Assembly: GCA_964520795.1 (NCBI GenBank)
Contig: CAZFQC010000002.1
Span: forward strand, 5,069 to 69,068
DNA length: 64,000 nt
Reading direction: 5' to 3'
Source of the DNA: an uncultured Brevundimonas sp.
Lineage (GTDB): Bacteria > Pseudomonadota > Alphaproteobacteria > Caulobacterales > Caulobacteraceae
The notes below the pieces were generated by a model. That model saw nothing but the letters and a program-made list of their open reading frames with translations, had not been told where the DNA came from and did no database searches. A program made the position numbers and the translations under genes. Shown here in pieces: positions 19,410 through 29,398 of this stretch; position 1 is the stretch's first letter; each line of letters begins with the position of its first letter.

Positions 19410-20750
19410 ACCTTCGGATGTGGCGCACTTTCGGGCGTCTTCCGCAGCGATGAATCCCACCCTTCCGCGTTCAAACAGGTCGTCCAATACGACCCGCCTT
19501 GCCCGTTTCCCCGTCCCGCCGATGTCGATCAAGGCGGCGGCGACCCGGCGCGCCAGTCGACGTGCATCGACCCGCTGGATCGTGGAGACCCGATCGAGTC
19601 CGCCCCGGCCATGGACGAAGGCGCTGCGGAGCTCGAACAGATCCTTGTAAACGAGGGCCACCTCCGCGTCCGAAAGGAGGGCTGCGATCCTCGAACAGAC
19701 CCGGCCCGTCGCCGTCGTCGGCGCCAACGGCTTCTTGCCCTTTCCCTTCAAGCCGTCCTCCCTCATCCCGAGGGCGGCTTCGATAGCGGTCATATGAGCC
19801 ATCACCTCATCGATGCCGTCGCCGACGAAGCCGCGCACGAGGAAATGAGCCACGGGGGTTTCCAGCAGCGGCCCGCGGCAGGCTCTCCGATGCGCCCGCC
19901 AGCGTTCGTCCGTCCAGTCCGCCAGCGCCTCCGCGTCATCCTCCAGCGGCAATGGAACAGGCCGCTCGAGTTCCTCCTCTTCGCCCCGGTCGTCGTGGAC
20001 GATCCAGGGTTCCAGGGTCAGGCTGTCAGCTGTCGGAAACGTCGAAGGCCGCACGAACAGGTCTTCATCGACGACGTGGATCCAGGGAATCCTGAAACCG
20101 CGCCAGTCCACCTCCGGCATGGTCGACCAGTCTTCCCAGGGCGCGAGAAGGAGGAAGAACAGGGCCGCCTCGACCGCCTCGGGGAAGGCGCCGCGGTGGG
20201 GGTCGAACGCGCCGGTGTCGCGGTCGAAGCCTTCGAACAGAAACGGCATGGCCCGGGCTTCGGGCCTCCGGTCGATCTTCACCGTCTCCTCGACCACGAG
20301 CCACTGAAACAGGGCCAGCCGCTCGGGCTCGAACCGGGTATTGGGGTAGTAGCGCCGCGCTCGCGGCGCATCGAACATCGCGTCGAGATCGGACGCGCTG
20401 AAGCGCTGCACTCTGGCGTTCCCGTAGTGTAGCGGCGGCAGGGACTGGGCGAGGTCGAGCGGACAGAGGTAGCGCCGCGTCGTCGTTCGACGTCTCAGCG
20501 CCTTCTCCAGATCCCGCACCGCCGCAGCGACCGGCAGGCTGTCGCCTTGCCGGTCAGCCGGCAGTCCGCATGGCAGGCCCAGCGCCCGAAGGGCGGTTCC
20601 GAGGCCGAACGTCGGCTTACCCCCGCCCCAGGCGGCGCAGGCGTCGGCGAGGGCCTCGAACTCGGGCGAAGCGTACAGATTGCGGGGGCCGGGGGGCGGG
20701 AGACGCCAGAGCCTTTCCAACGCCGCGCGGAGTTCGGTTCGACGGGGCAT
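19374..20750 (-). CDS. ApeA-like HEPN-domain protein
   Basis: C-terminal TAIEAALG..LFELRSAFVHG (RxxxxH); ATG at 20750 overlaps the upstream stop. Confidence 0.7.
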   Translation of the reverse strand: MPRRTELRAALERLWRLPPPGPRNLYASPEFEALADACAAWGGGKPTFGLGTALRALGLPCGLPADRQGDSLPVAAAVRDLEKALRRRTTTRRYLCPLDLAQSLPPLHYGNARVQRFSASDLDAMFDAPRARRYYPNTRFEPERLALFQWLVVEETVKIDRRPEARAMPFLFEGFDRDTGAFDPHRGAFPEAVEAALFFLLLAPWEDWSTMPEVDWRGFRIPWIHVVDEDLFVRPSTFPTADSLTLEPWIVHDDRGEEEELERPVPLPLEDDAEALADWTDERWRAHRRACRGPLLETPVAHFLVRGFVGDGIDEVMAHMTAIEAALGMREDGLKGKGKKPLAPTTATGRVCSRIAALLSDAEVALVYKDLFELRSAFVHGRGGLDRVSTIQRVDARRLARRVAAALIDIGGTGKRARRVVLDDLFERGRVGFIAAEDARKCATSEGSAGDAGEENAL

Positions 20751-21517
20751 CAGGTCTCCCGTCCTTGCGCCTTCGCGGCCGTCGGTCGCCAGACGCGTTC
20801 GCGGCGCTCGCGGACCAAATGCCTTTCCAGGCTCTCGTGCTTCCGCTCGATGCTCTCGTTGTAGATGTAGGTCGCGTCGCGCCAGAAGCCGGCGATCGCG
20901 GCGACAAACTCGTGCAGCCGCGCCACCGGCAGATCGATCATCGCGACCGTTTGCGGAACCGGGTCGCTGACTCCCATGAATTCCGGAAGGGGCGGCCAGG
21001 TCCGCCACAGGTCCGGGCGCCGCCGGGCGAGTTCCAGGGCGGACGCGCCGTCGCCGTGGCGGCAGGCGTTCCCCAGGTGCTGGAGGGTGTCGAGGGCAGG
21101 ATAGCTCGGAAAGGCGTCGAGGCGGATGCCGCGCAGCTGGAGGAAGTGTTCGGCAAGCTCGCCCCAGTCGGCCTTCTCCAGCTTGCGGGCCATATCCACA
21201 TCGGGGTGAAGCTCCGTGGCGCACCCCTTCAGATAGGCGCGCAACTGGCGTTCCCAGATCGACTGGATCGACAGGCCGAACGCCAGCTTGGTCTCGATCA
21301 CCACCTCTTCGACATCGCGTTGGAAAAAGACGTCGCCTGCGTCCTCGCTCTCGCCGAGGAGCGCGATCCTGGCGTCGAGGGTGGCGAGGGCGGGCAGGAC
21401 GACATCGGCCAGGTACAGTTCGATCGTCACATCGTGCCGACAGGCGTCGATGTCCGCACGGCAGTTTCGCCACCGGAAGGGCGTTTCGTCCCCGTCCGCC
21501 TCGTCGTGTCCCGCCAT
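20750..21517 (-). CDS. Hypothetical protein, HEPN-like
   Basis: SIWERQLR..LQHLGNACRHGDGAS, a divergent HEPN-like motif. Confidence 0.5.
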   Translation of the reverse strand: MAGHDEADGDETPFRWRNCRADIDACRHDVTIELYLADVVLPALATLDARIALLGESEDAGDVFFQRDVEEVVIETKLAFGLSIQSIWERQLRAYLKGCATELHPDVDMARKLEKADWGELAEHFLQLRGIRLDAFPSYPALDTLQHLGNACRHGDGASALELARRRPDLWRTWPPLPEFMGVSDPVPQTVAMIDLPVARLHEFVAAIAGFWRDATYIYNESIERKHESLERHLVRERRERVWRPTAAKAQGRET

Positions 21518-21872
21518 GGCATTCGCCTTCGCCGCCGGACGGCCGGACAGCGACCGTCAGGATCATCCGATCAGATGATCGGGCAAGCCGGAAGCCTCAA
21601 TGATGGCTCATCCTCACTCATCCAAAGGAAGGGCTAAGGGCTCCGCCCTCGCGCGGGTCAGGGTGAAGCGGCTCCGCCGCCGGACCGGCCGGTCTCCCCA
21701 ACCTTCCGCGCCGGCGAGGGTCGTCATGATCACCATCAGGTCGGGCTTGTGCAGGTCGGGCGATCCCCCTCCGGCCGGTCCGCCCTGGCCCTTGCTACCC
21801 CGGTCTCGCCGACGGGCAGGGTTTCAGGCGCGCGGTCCGCGTGCCTGCAACCCATGCCCAAAGGAGGCAGAC

Positions 21873-23975
21873 ATGACGGCTCAATCCACTCAAACCCTCG
21901 GAAAGGCGGCGGCTGACGCCGCCGCCATGGTCGCCGCTGCGGAGCCCGCGCATGGCGCGGAGATCGTGGTTCCGCTGAACCGGTTGAAGGCGTCGCCGAG
22001 GAACGCCCGCAAGGTGAGGCACAGCGACGCCGGGATCGAGGCGCTGGCGGCGTCGATCCGGGCCAAGGGGGTGTTGCAGCCGCCCGTGGTCGAGATCGAG
22101 CGGGACGGGGAGGGCGTCCCCACCGGCAACTATCTCGTCACCATCGGCGAGGGGCGACGGCAGGCGCTGCGGCTGCTGGCCAAACGCAAGGCGATCAAGC
22201 GCACCCATCCGGTGCGGGTCATCGTGGACGCCGACAACGACGCCCACGAGATCAGCCTCGACGAGAACATCACCCGCGAGGCCATGCATCCCGCCGACCA
22301 GTTCGAAGCCTTCCGCCGCCTCGCCGAAGAGAAGGGTTACGGCCCCGAGGAGATCGGCGCCCGGTTCGGGGTGTCGGCCCATGTGGTGCGCCAGCGGCTG
22401 CGGCTCGGGGCGGCGGCGCCGGAGTTGATGGCGGCTTACCGGGGGGGGGCGCTGGCGCTCGACCAGTTGACCGCCTTCTGCGTCAGCGAGGATCAGGCGC
22501 GGCAGCGGCAGGTGCTGGACCAGATCGGCCCCCACACCCCGGCCTATGCGATCCGCCGCGCCATGACCGAGGCCAAGGTGCGGGTCGATGACCGGCGCGC
22601 CCGCTTCGTCGGCGTCGAGGCCTACGAAGCGGCGGGCGGGTCGGTGCTGCGCGACCTGTTCACCGAGGACGGCGGCGGCTGGCTGGAGGACCCGGTCCTG
22701 CTCGACCGGCTGGTCGGCGACAAGCTGGCCGGGCTGGCCGACGAGGTGCGCGCGCGCGAGGGCTGGACGTGGGCCGAGGTCGTCATCGACTACCCGGACC
22801 TCTCCGGCTTCGGGCGGGTCTATCCGGTCGCGGTCGAGCGGTCGGAGGCGGACGCCGCCGCCATCGCCGCCCTGTCGGCGGAATACGACCGCCTCGTTTC
22901 CGAGACCGACGCGGCGGAGATGTTTCCGCCCGAGGTGGACGCCCGGCTGGAGGAGATCGACGCGGCCTTGCAGGCCTTCGGCCCCGATTACGCCTATACG
23001 CCCGAGGCGAAGGGCCGCGCCGGGGTCATGGTCCTGCTCGGACATGACGGCCTCGCCCGCTTCGAGCGCGGTCTGGTCCGGGCGGAGGATATCGCCAAGG
23101 AGCCGCCGCCGTGGGCGGAGGAGGGCGCGTCGGGCGCCGGAGCGGACGAAGCCCGAGCGGAGGCCGGGGAGGGCGCGGGAGGCGCCCACGCCCTTGCGGC
23201 GGACGCGCAGGACCGGCTCGCGCCCCTGTCGGACCGGCTGGTCATGGACCTGACCGCCCACCGGACCATGGGCCTGCGCGACGCGGTGCAGGCCGACCCC
23301 GCCGCCGCCCTGTCGGTCGTGGTCCACGCCATGGCGCTGGAGGTCTTCTATCCCGGCTACGGCCTCTGGACGCCGCTGCAGCTTCGGTTGACGGTGAGCG
23401 GGCTGGAGCGGCTGTCCCCCGACGTTTGGGACCGTCCGGCCGGACGCCGGGTCGGCGACCGGCGCGAGGCGTGGGGCGCGCGCCTGCCCGAGCGGGCCGA
23501 GGACCTGTGGCCCGTCGTCGCCGCCCTGGCGCCGTCGGAGCAACTCGACCTGATGGCCTGCTGCGCCGGGCTCGGCCTCCATGCCGTGCGCCACCCGCAC
23601 GACCGGCGGCCTGGCGTTCTGGCGCAGGCCGAGACGCTGGCCACGGCGGTCGGCCTCGACATGACCGGGACGTGGTCGGCCACGGCGGCCAGCTATTTCT
23701 CGCGCGTGCCCAAGGCGCGGGTGCTGGAGGCCGTGACCGAGGCGGTCGGCGCGGAGGAGGCGGCCCGCATCGCCGGGCTGAAAAAGGCCGACATGGCCGA
23801 GGCCGCCGAAGGGCTGGTCGAGGGCCGGGGCTGGCTGCCGCCGCTGCTGCGGACCGCGCCGCCGCCTGAGGAGGACGGCGGGGACGGAGCGGAGGCCGTC
23901 TCCGGCCCGCAAGCGGAACCGGATGACGCGGCTCCGCAGACGACCGAGGACGGCTGGTCGTTCGCGGCCGAGTGA
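21873..23975 (+). CDS. ParB/RepB/Spo0J family protein (ICE/plasmid long form)
   Basis: SPRNARK, LAASI..GVLQPPVV, GEGRR, SLDEN..R..MHPADQ; aaggagg RBS. Confidence 0.9.
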   Translation: MTAQSTQTLGKAAADAAAMVAAAEPAHGAEIVVPLNRLKASPRNARKVRHSDAGIEALAASIRAKGVLQPPVVEIERDGEGVPTGNYLVTIGEGRRQALRLLAKRKAIKRTHPVRVIVDADNDAHEISLDENITREAMHPADQFEAFRRLAEEKGYGPEEIGARFGVSAHVVRQRLRLGAAAPELMAAYRGGALALDQLTAFCVSEDQARQRQVLDQIGPHTPAYAIRRAMTEAKVRVDDRRARFVGVEAYEAAGGSVLRDLFTEDGGGWLEDPVLLDRLVGDKLAGLADEVRAREGWTWAEVVIDYPDLSGFGRVYPVAVERSEADAAAIAALSAEYDRLVSETDAAEMFPPEVDARLEEIDAALQAFGPDYAYTPEAKGRAGVMVLLGHDGLARFERGLVRAEDIAKEPPPWAEEGASGAGADEARAEAGEGAGGAHALAADAQDRLAPLSDRLVMDLTAHRTMGLRDAVQADPAAALSVVVHAMALEVFYPGYGLWTPLQLRLTVSGLERLSPDVWDRPAGRRVGDRREAWGARLPERAEDLWPVVAALAPSEQLDLMACCAGLGLHAVRHPHDRRPGVLAQAETLATAVGLDMTGTWSATAASYFSRVPKARVLEAVTEAVGAEEAARIAGLKKADMAEAAEGLVEGRGWLPPLLRTAPPPEEDGGDGAEAVSGPQAEPDDAAPQTTEDGWSFAAE

Positions 23976-24176
23976 CGAAAGGCCGTCGAGGCCGAGGCGG
24001 GCCGTGCGTCCTTCCGGGGCGCGCGGCCCATCCTCGCGACCGCCCCCGGCGCTCGCGCCCCCTGCGGCGGCGCTCGCGCGGCGACGGCGGCCAGAAGGCG
24101 ACGACAGCGACGAAGGGGAGGGACGATGACCGCGAACACGGCGCCGGCGCCGCCTTTGCGATATGACAGGGGTCCG

Positions 24177-24656
24177 ATGCGCTTTCTGATTCCCGTCCTG
24201 CTGCTCCTCGCGGCCTGCACCCCGGCGACGCCGACCGTCGTCGGGCGGGCCTCGGTGATCGACGGCGACACCCTCGAAATCCACGACCGGCGCATCCGGC
24301 TGTGGGGCGTGGACGCGCCCGAAGGACGGCAGTCGTGCGACGGCGCCGATGGACGCGCGTACCGTTGCGGCCAGACGGCGGCGAACCGGCTCGACGCGCA
24401 CCTGCGGGACCGGACGGTCGCCTGCTTCGAGGAGGACACGGACCGCTACGGCCGCATGGTCGCCCGGTGCGAGGTCGGCGGCGAGGATGTGGGCGCCTGG
24501 CTGGTGCGGCACGGGCTGGCGGTGCGCTACGCCCGCTATGCTGGGGACGCCTATGTCGCCGAGGAAGCGGCGGCGCGCGCCGAAGGCGCCGGCGTCTGGG
24601 CCGGGCCGTTCACCAACCCCGAGGACTGGCGCCGGGCGCGCCGGGGCGGGGCGTGA
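24177..24656 (+). CDS. Thermonuclease (SNase-like) lipoprotein
   Basis: LAAC lipobox, VIDGDT, RLWGVDAPE, DRYGR. Confidence 0.92.
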   Translation: MRFLIPVLLLLAACTPATPTVVGRASVIDGDTLEIHDRRIRLWGVDAPEGRQSCDGADGRAYRCGQTAANRLDAHLRDRTVACFEEDTDRYGRMVARCEVGGEDVGAWLVRHGLAVRYARYAGDAYVAEEAAARAEGAGVWAGPFTNPEDWRRARRGGA

Positions 24657-24720
24657 TGTGCGAGTCCGCGGCCGGATCGGCGCTTGCGGAGCGGCGCCCC
24701 ATCGGGGAGACTCCCTGACG

Positions 24721-25635
24721 ATGAAGAAGAGCCTCGATCATCTGCCGCCGCGCAAGCAGGTGGAACTGCGCCGGGTGGTCGAGATCATCCAGGAGTCGTT
24801 CGCGGCCGCCGTCGCCACGCGCCGGGCGGCCCGGCTCAAGAACGGGCGCATCCTCAAGATCATCCTCTACGGCTCCTATGCGCGCGGAGACTGGGTTCAC
24901 GATCCGGTCGGGCGGTATTTCTCGGACTTCGACCTGCTGGTGGTGGTCGACCACGAGGATCTGACCGACGGCGAATTCTGGCACGACGCCGAGAACCGTC
25001 TGATGCCCGGCGAGACCCTGATCCGCACGCCCGTGAGTCTGATCGTGCACAGCCTCGCTGACGTTAACGAACAGCTGGACCGGGGCCGGTACTTCTTCGC
25101 CGACATCCTGCGCGAGGGGGTGCTGCTCCACGACACGCCCGGCGCGACGCTGCACAAGCCGGCGGACCTGAAGGCGAAGGCGGCGCTGGTGGAGGCCGAG
25201 GGGTACTTCGAAGAATGGATGTCGAGTTCGGCGAGCTTCGCGCGCGGAGCGAACTTCTACATGAGGGAGGGCGCTGATCCGAAGCTAGCTGCCTTTAGTC
25301 TCCATCAGGCGACAGAACACCTCTACCACTGCATCCTTCTGGTCGTGACGCTCTACAGCGGCAAGGCCCACAATCTCGCCTTCCTGCGAAAGAAGTGCGA
25401 GGCCGTCGACGCCCGGCTGGCCGAGGCTTGGCCGAGGGAGACCAAGTTCGAACGCCGGTGCTTCGAACTCCTGCGCGAGGCCTATGTGAAGGCCAGGTAC
25501 TCCAGGCACTACAAGATCACGGACGAGGAGCTCGCCTGGCTGACGCAGCGCGTTGAGGTGCTGCGACGCCTGACCGACACCGTCTGCCGCGAGCGGCTTG
25601 GGCAACTGCGCCTTCTGGCCGCCGACGAGGCTTGA
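24721..25635 (+). CDS. Fused minimal nucleotidyltransferase-HEPN protein
   Basis: LYGSYARG..SDFDLLVV; AFSLHQATE..HNL..AYVKARY. Confidence 0.9.
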   Translation: MKKSLDHLPPRKQVELRRVVEIIQESFAAAVATRRAARLKNGRILKIILYGSYARGDWVHDPVGRYFSDFDLLVVVDHEDLTDGEFWHDAENRLMPGETLIRTPVSLIVHSLADVNEQLDRGRYFFADILREGVLLHDTPGATLHKPADLKAKAALVEAEGYFEEWMSSSASFARGANFYMREGADPKLAAFSLHQATEHLYHCILLVVTLYSGKAHNLAFLRKKCEAVDARLAEAWPRETKFERRCFELLREAYVKARYSRHYKITDEELAWLTQRVEVLRRLTDTVCRERLGQLRLLAADEA

Positions 25636-25666
25636 TCGCGGCCCGCCTTCGCGGCAACGATCGGGC

Positions 25667-25864
25667 ATGAACGATCAACACCGCCTCGAAGCCCTTCTCG
25701 ACCTCGTCGACCCCGAGCGAACGGAAGACCCGGACCGGAGCCGGAGGCTCGCGGTGTTCGGTCTTGCGCGGGACTCGGGCCGGGCCGGATACCGGCCCAC
25801 CACCGCGGGGTGGAACCTGCTGGGAGCCAGAGGCGCGCCGTTCAGGGGTCCCCGCGAGGGGTGA
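25667..25864 (+). CDS. Small hypothetical protein
   Basis: MNDQHRLEALLDLVDP..PTTAGWNLL; plausible short winged-helix-like ORF. Confidence 0.45.
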   Translation: MNDQHRLEALLDLVDPERTEDPDRSRRLAVFGLARDSGRAGYRPTTAGWNLLGARGAPFRGPREG

Positions 25865-25884
25865 TCGCCCGTCGGTCGGTGCAC

Positions 25885-25923
25885 GTCCGCTTCTGACTCA
25901 TAGCGGCGTTTCAGAATGTCCGC
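25885..25923 (+). repeat. GTCCGC multi-arm site (arms B-C-D)
   Basis: gtccgc-N12-gcggcg-N9-gtccgc. Confidence 0.75.
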
Positions 25924-26514
25924 TGCCGGGACGGCGCTGCCACCTCAATCCCGTGCGCGAGGCCGAGCGCCTTCGATGCTTGCCCGAGAGAGAGTGGAGC
26001 TCGACGCGCTGTTGGCGCCGACCGCGACCGAACGGCTCCTGAAAAAGATGGACAGTCTGGGCAGGTCTCAAGCGGTGATCGACCGTGATCTGCTGGCCAT
26101 CGCCGACCAGAGCGCCATCGAAGCGGAGATCGGCCAAGCAACGGGAACTGGAAGCTGTGCGAGTCCGGCTTCCCGGGCCAAGAGGCGCTGAAGACGACGA
26201 CGTTAGCCGCCTCGCCGTGAGCAACGACACGGCCCAAGCGCCCCTGACGATGAGCGACGAGATGAGCACAGAGGTCCGCGCCACAACGCGATTTCGCGCG
26301 ATCAGCGGGACCGTCAGCCGCTACAGCTGAGCCCTAGAGAATGGTCGCGTCGCCCTGGGACACGGTCGCGCATCTACACACGCCGTGGTTCGGGCGGGCT
26401 TTGTGACAGCAATACGAATTAATTTCGACGAATAAGTAAAAGGCTTGCGGCTAGTCAGATGAGTTCCCACCTCTGCCATGTCGACAACAATAGCGTGGCG
26501 CGACACGCCGGACT

Positions 26515-27153
26515 TTGGATATGGATCACGAATATTCGGTTTTGGGCGGAATCAACCGCGCCCGCATCGGTCAGGTAATAGCTACCGTGTCGGCTGCAGT
26601 TGCGTCCGGACTTGTTGCGCTGCTGCTGGCCCTGGTCGATTTGGCACAATATCTCGGCCTCGGACATCTGCTGCCGGCGCTGGCCCTGCCACCGATCGGG
26701 GCGGGCCTCGTGTTCACCACGCTTTACTGGATGTTCAGCCGTTACGTGTGGGGCTGGCCGTGGGCCAAGAAGGCACTCGGTGTGCCGGACCTGCGCGGGA
26801 CTTGGCGGGTCGACGGCCAGACCATCAACGCTGACGAAGCCCGGACCCTGGGCTTCGTGTGGTCGGGCAAGATCGTCATCACCCAGACATGGGACAAGCT
26901 GCGCGTTCGTCTGACGACGGGGCAGTCCGGCTCCAACAGCGTCACGGCCGCGCTGATCCGTGACGAGGCTGACGGCTTCCGCCTTTTCTACAGCTACCGC
27001 AACGATCCCAAGATCGGGCAACCCGAACTGCAAAGCCATCGCGGCTATGCGGAGATCCTGTTCGACCACGACCTGACAACAGGGGAAGGCGAGTACTTCA
27101 ACGGCCAAGGACGCTTCACCTTCGGCACCATGAAACTGACGAAGGAGTCCTGA
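26515..27153 (+). CDS. cap15: CBASS Cap15-type effector (2TM + beta-barrel)
   Basis: HEYSV, two TM segments, VPDLRGTW, ITQTWDK, LFYSYRNDP, HRG, GEYFNG..GTMKL. Confidence 0.88.
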   Translation: MDMDHEYSVLGGINRARIGQVIATVSAAVASGLVALLLALVDLAQYLGLGHLLPALALPPIGAGLVFTTLYWMFSRYVWGWPWAKKALGVPDLRGTWRVDGQTINADEARTLGFVWSGKIVITQTWDKLRVRLTTGQSGSNSVTAALIRDEADGFRLFYSYRNDPKIGQPELQSHRGYAEILFDHDLTTGEGEYFNGQGRFTFGTMKLTKES

Positions 27154-27154
27154 T

Positions 27155-28282
27155 ATGGCGCGCCCCATCAACGATCGACTGACCCGACTGAAGAACCGTC
27201 GCAGTGGCGTTGACCGCTTCGGCACGTTGACCGCCGACCAGCAGGTTGAGGCGATCACCAAGAGCATCATTGAGGAAAGCTGGCAGAAGCGGGCAGCGGC
27301 CGACAGGCCGCATACCCGCTACGCGCTGGGTGCCATGCAGGAGGTCGGGGCTGATTCGACGCGGATCAGCCTCGAGACGGCTGAACGTGTCGGTAATCAG
27401 CTCAACAAGGGCTTCGAGGCACAGGGGCGAAGCGTCGAGTTCCGCCTGCAGGGATCGGTGCCGCTGAACGTACACATCCGGCAATACAGCGACGTTGACC
27501 TGCTGACGCTCGATCTCGGCTTTCTGATCTATGACCAGTTCGGTGCGCGCGCCCGGCTGGGGCATTACACCCCGTCGAGCGAGACGACCGTCGGCCGGCT
27601 GTCGCTGCTGCGCGCCCAAGCCGAGAACATCCTCACCAACGCCTTCCCCCAGGCGACGGTCGACAAGAGTGGCAATAAGGCGATCAATATTTCGGGCGGG
27701 TCGCTGCCCCGAAGCGTCGATGTGGTGCCGTCGTGCTGGTTCGACACGATCGCCTGGCAGATGTCGGGCAGGGAGGTCGACCGAGCTGTTAAGATTCTCG
27801 ACGAGTCGGTGCCGACGACGATCTCGAACTGGCCCTTCCTGCATATCGACCGGGTCAGCTCGAAATGCGCCAGCACGCTGGGCGGGCTACGGAAATCCAT
27901 TCGCTTGGCTAAGAGCGTGAAGAACGACGCCGATACGGAGATCGCGCTGCCGAGCTTCGACATCGCCGGACTGATGTATCACGCCAATATGCAGGCGCTG
28001 CTCGCCGGCTACACCTACGAGCTGGCGATCCTGGCGGAGACGCAGCGGTGGCTCGATTACCTCTACCGGAACCCGGACTACGCCCGGACGCTGCTGACTC
28101 CCGACGGAACGCGGGCGATCCTAGACACCGACCGCAAGCGTGCCGCGCTGACTTCGCTCTCGCGCGAGTTCGACGAACTGTTGCGCAACGTGGCGAAGGA
28201 ACAGGCCCCGTACGCCACCCTCGACACCCTGGAACAATGCCGTGACGCGCTGTCCCGTGTGTATATCGCCGAAGCCGCTTAA
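27155..28282 (+). CDS. CBASS CD-NTase (cGAS/DncV-like nucleotidyltransferase)
   Basis: RLQGSV..IRQYSDVDLL, KAINI, VDVVP, RLAKSVK, SFDI; directly after Cap15. Confidence 0.88.
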   Translation: MARPINDRLTRLKNRRSGVDRFGTLTADQQVEAITKSIIEESWQKRAAADRPHTRYALGAMQEVGADSTRISLETAERVGNQLNKGFEAQGRSVEFRLQGSVPLNVHIRQYSDVDLLTLDLGFLIYDQFGARARLGHYTPSSETTVGRLSLLRAQAENILTNAFPQATVDKSGNKAINISGGSLPRSVDVVPSCWFDTIAWQMSGREVDRAVKILDESVPTTISNWPFLHIDRVSSKCASTLGGLRKSIRLAKSVKNDADTEIALPSFDIAGLMYHANMQALLAGYTYELAILAETQRWLDYLYRNPDYARTLLTPDGTRAILDTDRKRAALTSLSREFDELLRNVAKEQAPYATLDTLEQCRDALSRVYIAEAA

Positions 28283-28296
28283 TAGGAGACATCGCA

Positions 28297-28437
28297 GTGG
28301 CAAAATCCCCGAAGACCTTCGCGATCGGTCGCAACAGCGAAACCGGTCGCCTGACCTCCGTCGAAAAGGCGAAGGCCAACCCGAAGACCCACCAGGTCGA
28401 GCGCATGCCGAAGTCGGGACACGGCGACACGAAATAG
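28297..28437 (+). CDS. 46-aa basic microprotein
   Basis: aggag RBS and GTG start: MAKSPKTFAIGRNSETGRLTSVEKAKANPKTHQVERMPKSGHGDTK. Confidence 0.65.
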   Translation: MAKSPKTFAIGRNSETGRLTSVEKAKANPKTHQVERMPKSGHGDTK

Positions 28438-28562
28438 GGCAGTGGCCCTAGCCTCTGGCATTTCAGCCCGCTGCGGCCGCCCGGGACCGCACGATAAAAT
28501 TGTTCGAGGGATTCACGACCACATGCTCGGCGACCTCGTCGACCATTAGTCTGTCCTTGAAT

Positions 28563-28611
28563 GTCCGCTTATTGGCAGAGCGCCTATGTCCCTTCTTGGC
28601 GCTGAAGTGAC
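28563..28611 (+). repeat. GTCCGC multi-arm site (arms A-B-C)
   Basis: gtccgc-N19-gtccct-N12-agtgac. Confidence 0.7.
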
Positions 28612-28795
28612 CCAGGAATACCCGGGGTCTTAGTGCCACCCGAGACCAAAAAACAGACGAGCTGAATGCGGGGACCGATTGTAAATGGATCCCTCGCGGT
28701 TGGGTTTATACGGCGCGGGTACTGACGCGGGTCGCGGGTTCTTCATCGACATTTGAGCGAAGTTGCACGACGGTCCCTGATGCATCGGAGTCCTT

Positions 28796-29170
28796 ATGAA
28801 GCTGACCCCCATCCTCGCATTGGTCCTAGTGGCGTGCAGCGCTCCCGCCGCGGAGAAAGTCCGCCCAAACAATGAGGTTCTGACTCTAGGCGAGCGGCCC
28901 CTTGCCAGCTTGGACGAACGCCTGCCACCCACCCTGGTCCCGTGCTTCGGTCTTCATCTTGGCCTGCTGACAACACCCGACGATGTCGCTAGCGACTTAG
29001 TCTTGGCATGTGGCCGTGTGCCCTCAACGGTTGGCCCCGACTGCAGCGCCTACGCCCGTGCAGCCACAAACCTTGGAAGGGTCGCAGCTTCACCCCAATC
29101 AACAGCGGCAAAGCGCATCGCGGCCGAGGTTGAAGCCGACACAGCTCTCAAGGCTTGCCGGCTTGGCTGA
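28796..29170 (+). CDS. Hypothetical Cys-containing lipoprotein
   Basis: ggag RBS, MKLTPILALVLVAC lipobox; the stop codon abuts a GTCCGC site. Confidence 0.6.
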   Translation: MKLTPILALVLVACSAPAAEKVRPNNEVLTLGERPLASLDERLPPTLVPCFGLHLGLLTTPDDVASDLVLACGRVPSTVGPDCSAYARAATNLGRVAASPQSTAAKRIAAEVEADTALKACRLG

Positions 29171-29172
29171 AC

Positions 29173-29221
29173 GTCCGCTCTCGGCCCGCGAGTTAGTGTC
29201 CGATCTTGGCGCGCAGCGGTC
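29173..29221 (+). repeat. GTCCGC multi-arm site (arms A-B-C)
   Basis: gtccgc-N19-gtccga-N12-gcggtc. Confidence 0.75.
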
Positions 29222-29398
29222 GTTCGCGGTGCGGTGACGGGCGCTCTGTCCCGTTCCGGACAAGCTTCTGACCGAAGGGGCTCCAGCGGACGTGGGGGAC
29301 CGGCTGATCGAGGGAGGGGGGCGGGCGGGCTGAGCCTGTGGGGCTCAAGCGGGTTGACGCGGCGGGGTTGCCGGATCCTGGTTTCTTCGGGGCGGCGG

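Noticed and set aside
19374-21566. 730-aa ORF as one protein
   Set aside because: The N-terminal part overlaps the 20750-21517 gene in another frame and is low-complexity. The real start is probably 20750.
25930-26420. Possible recombinase or other gene remnant upstream of CBASS
   Set aside because: Only short broken frames with no diagnostic motif; cannot be supported.
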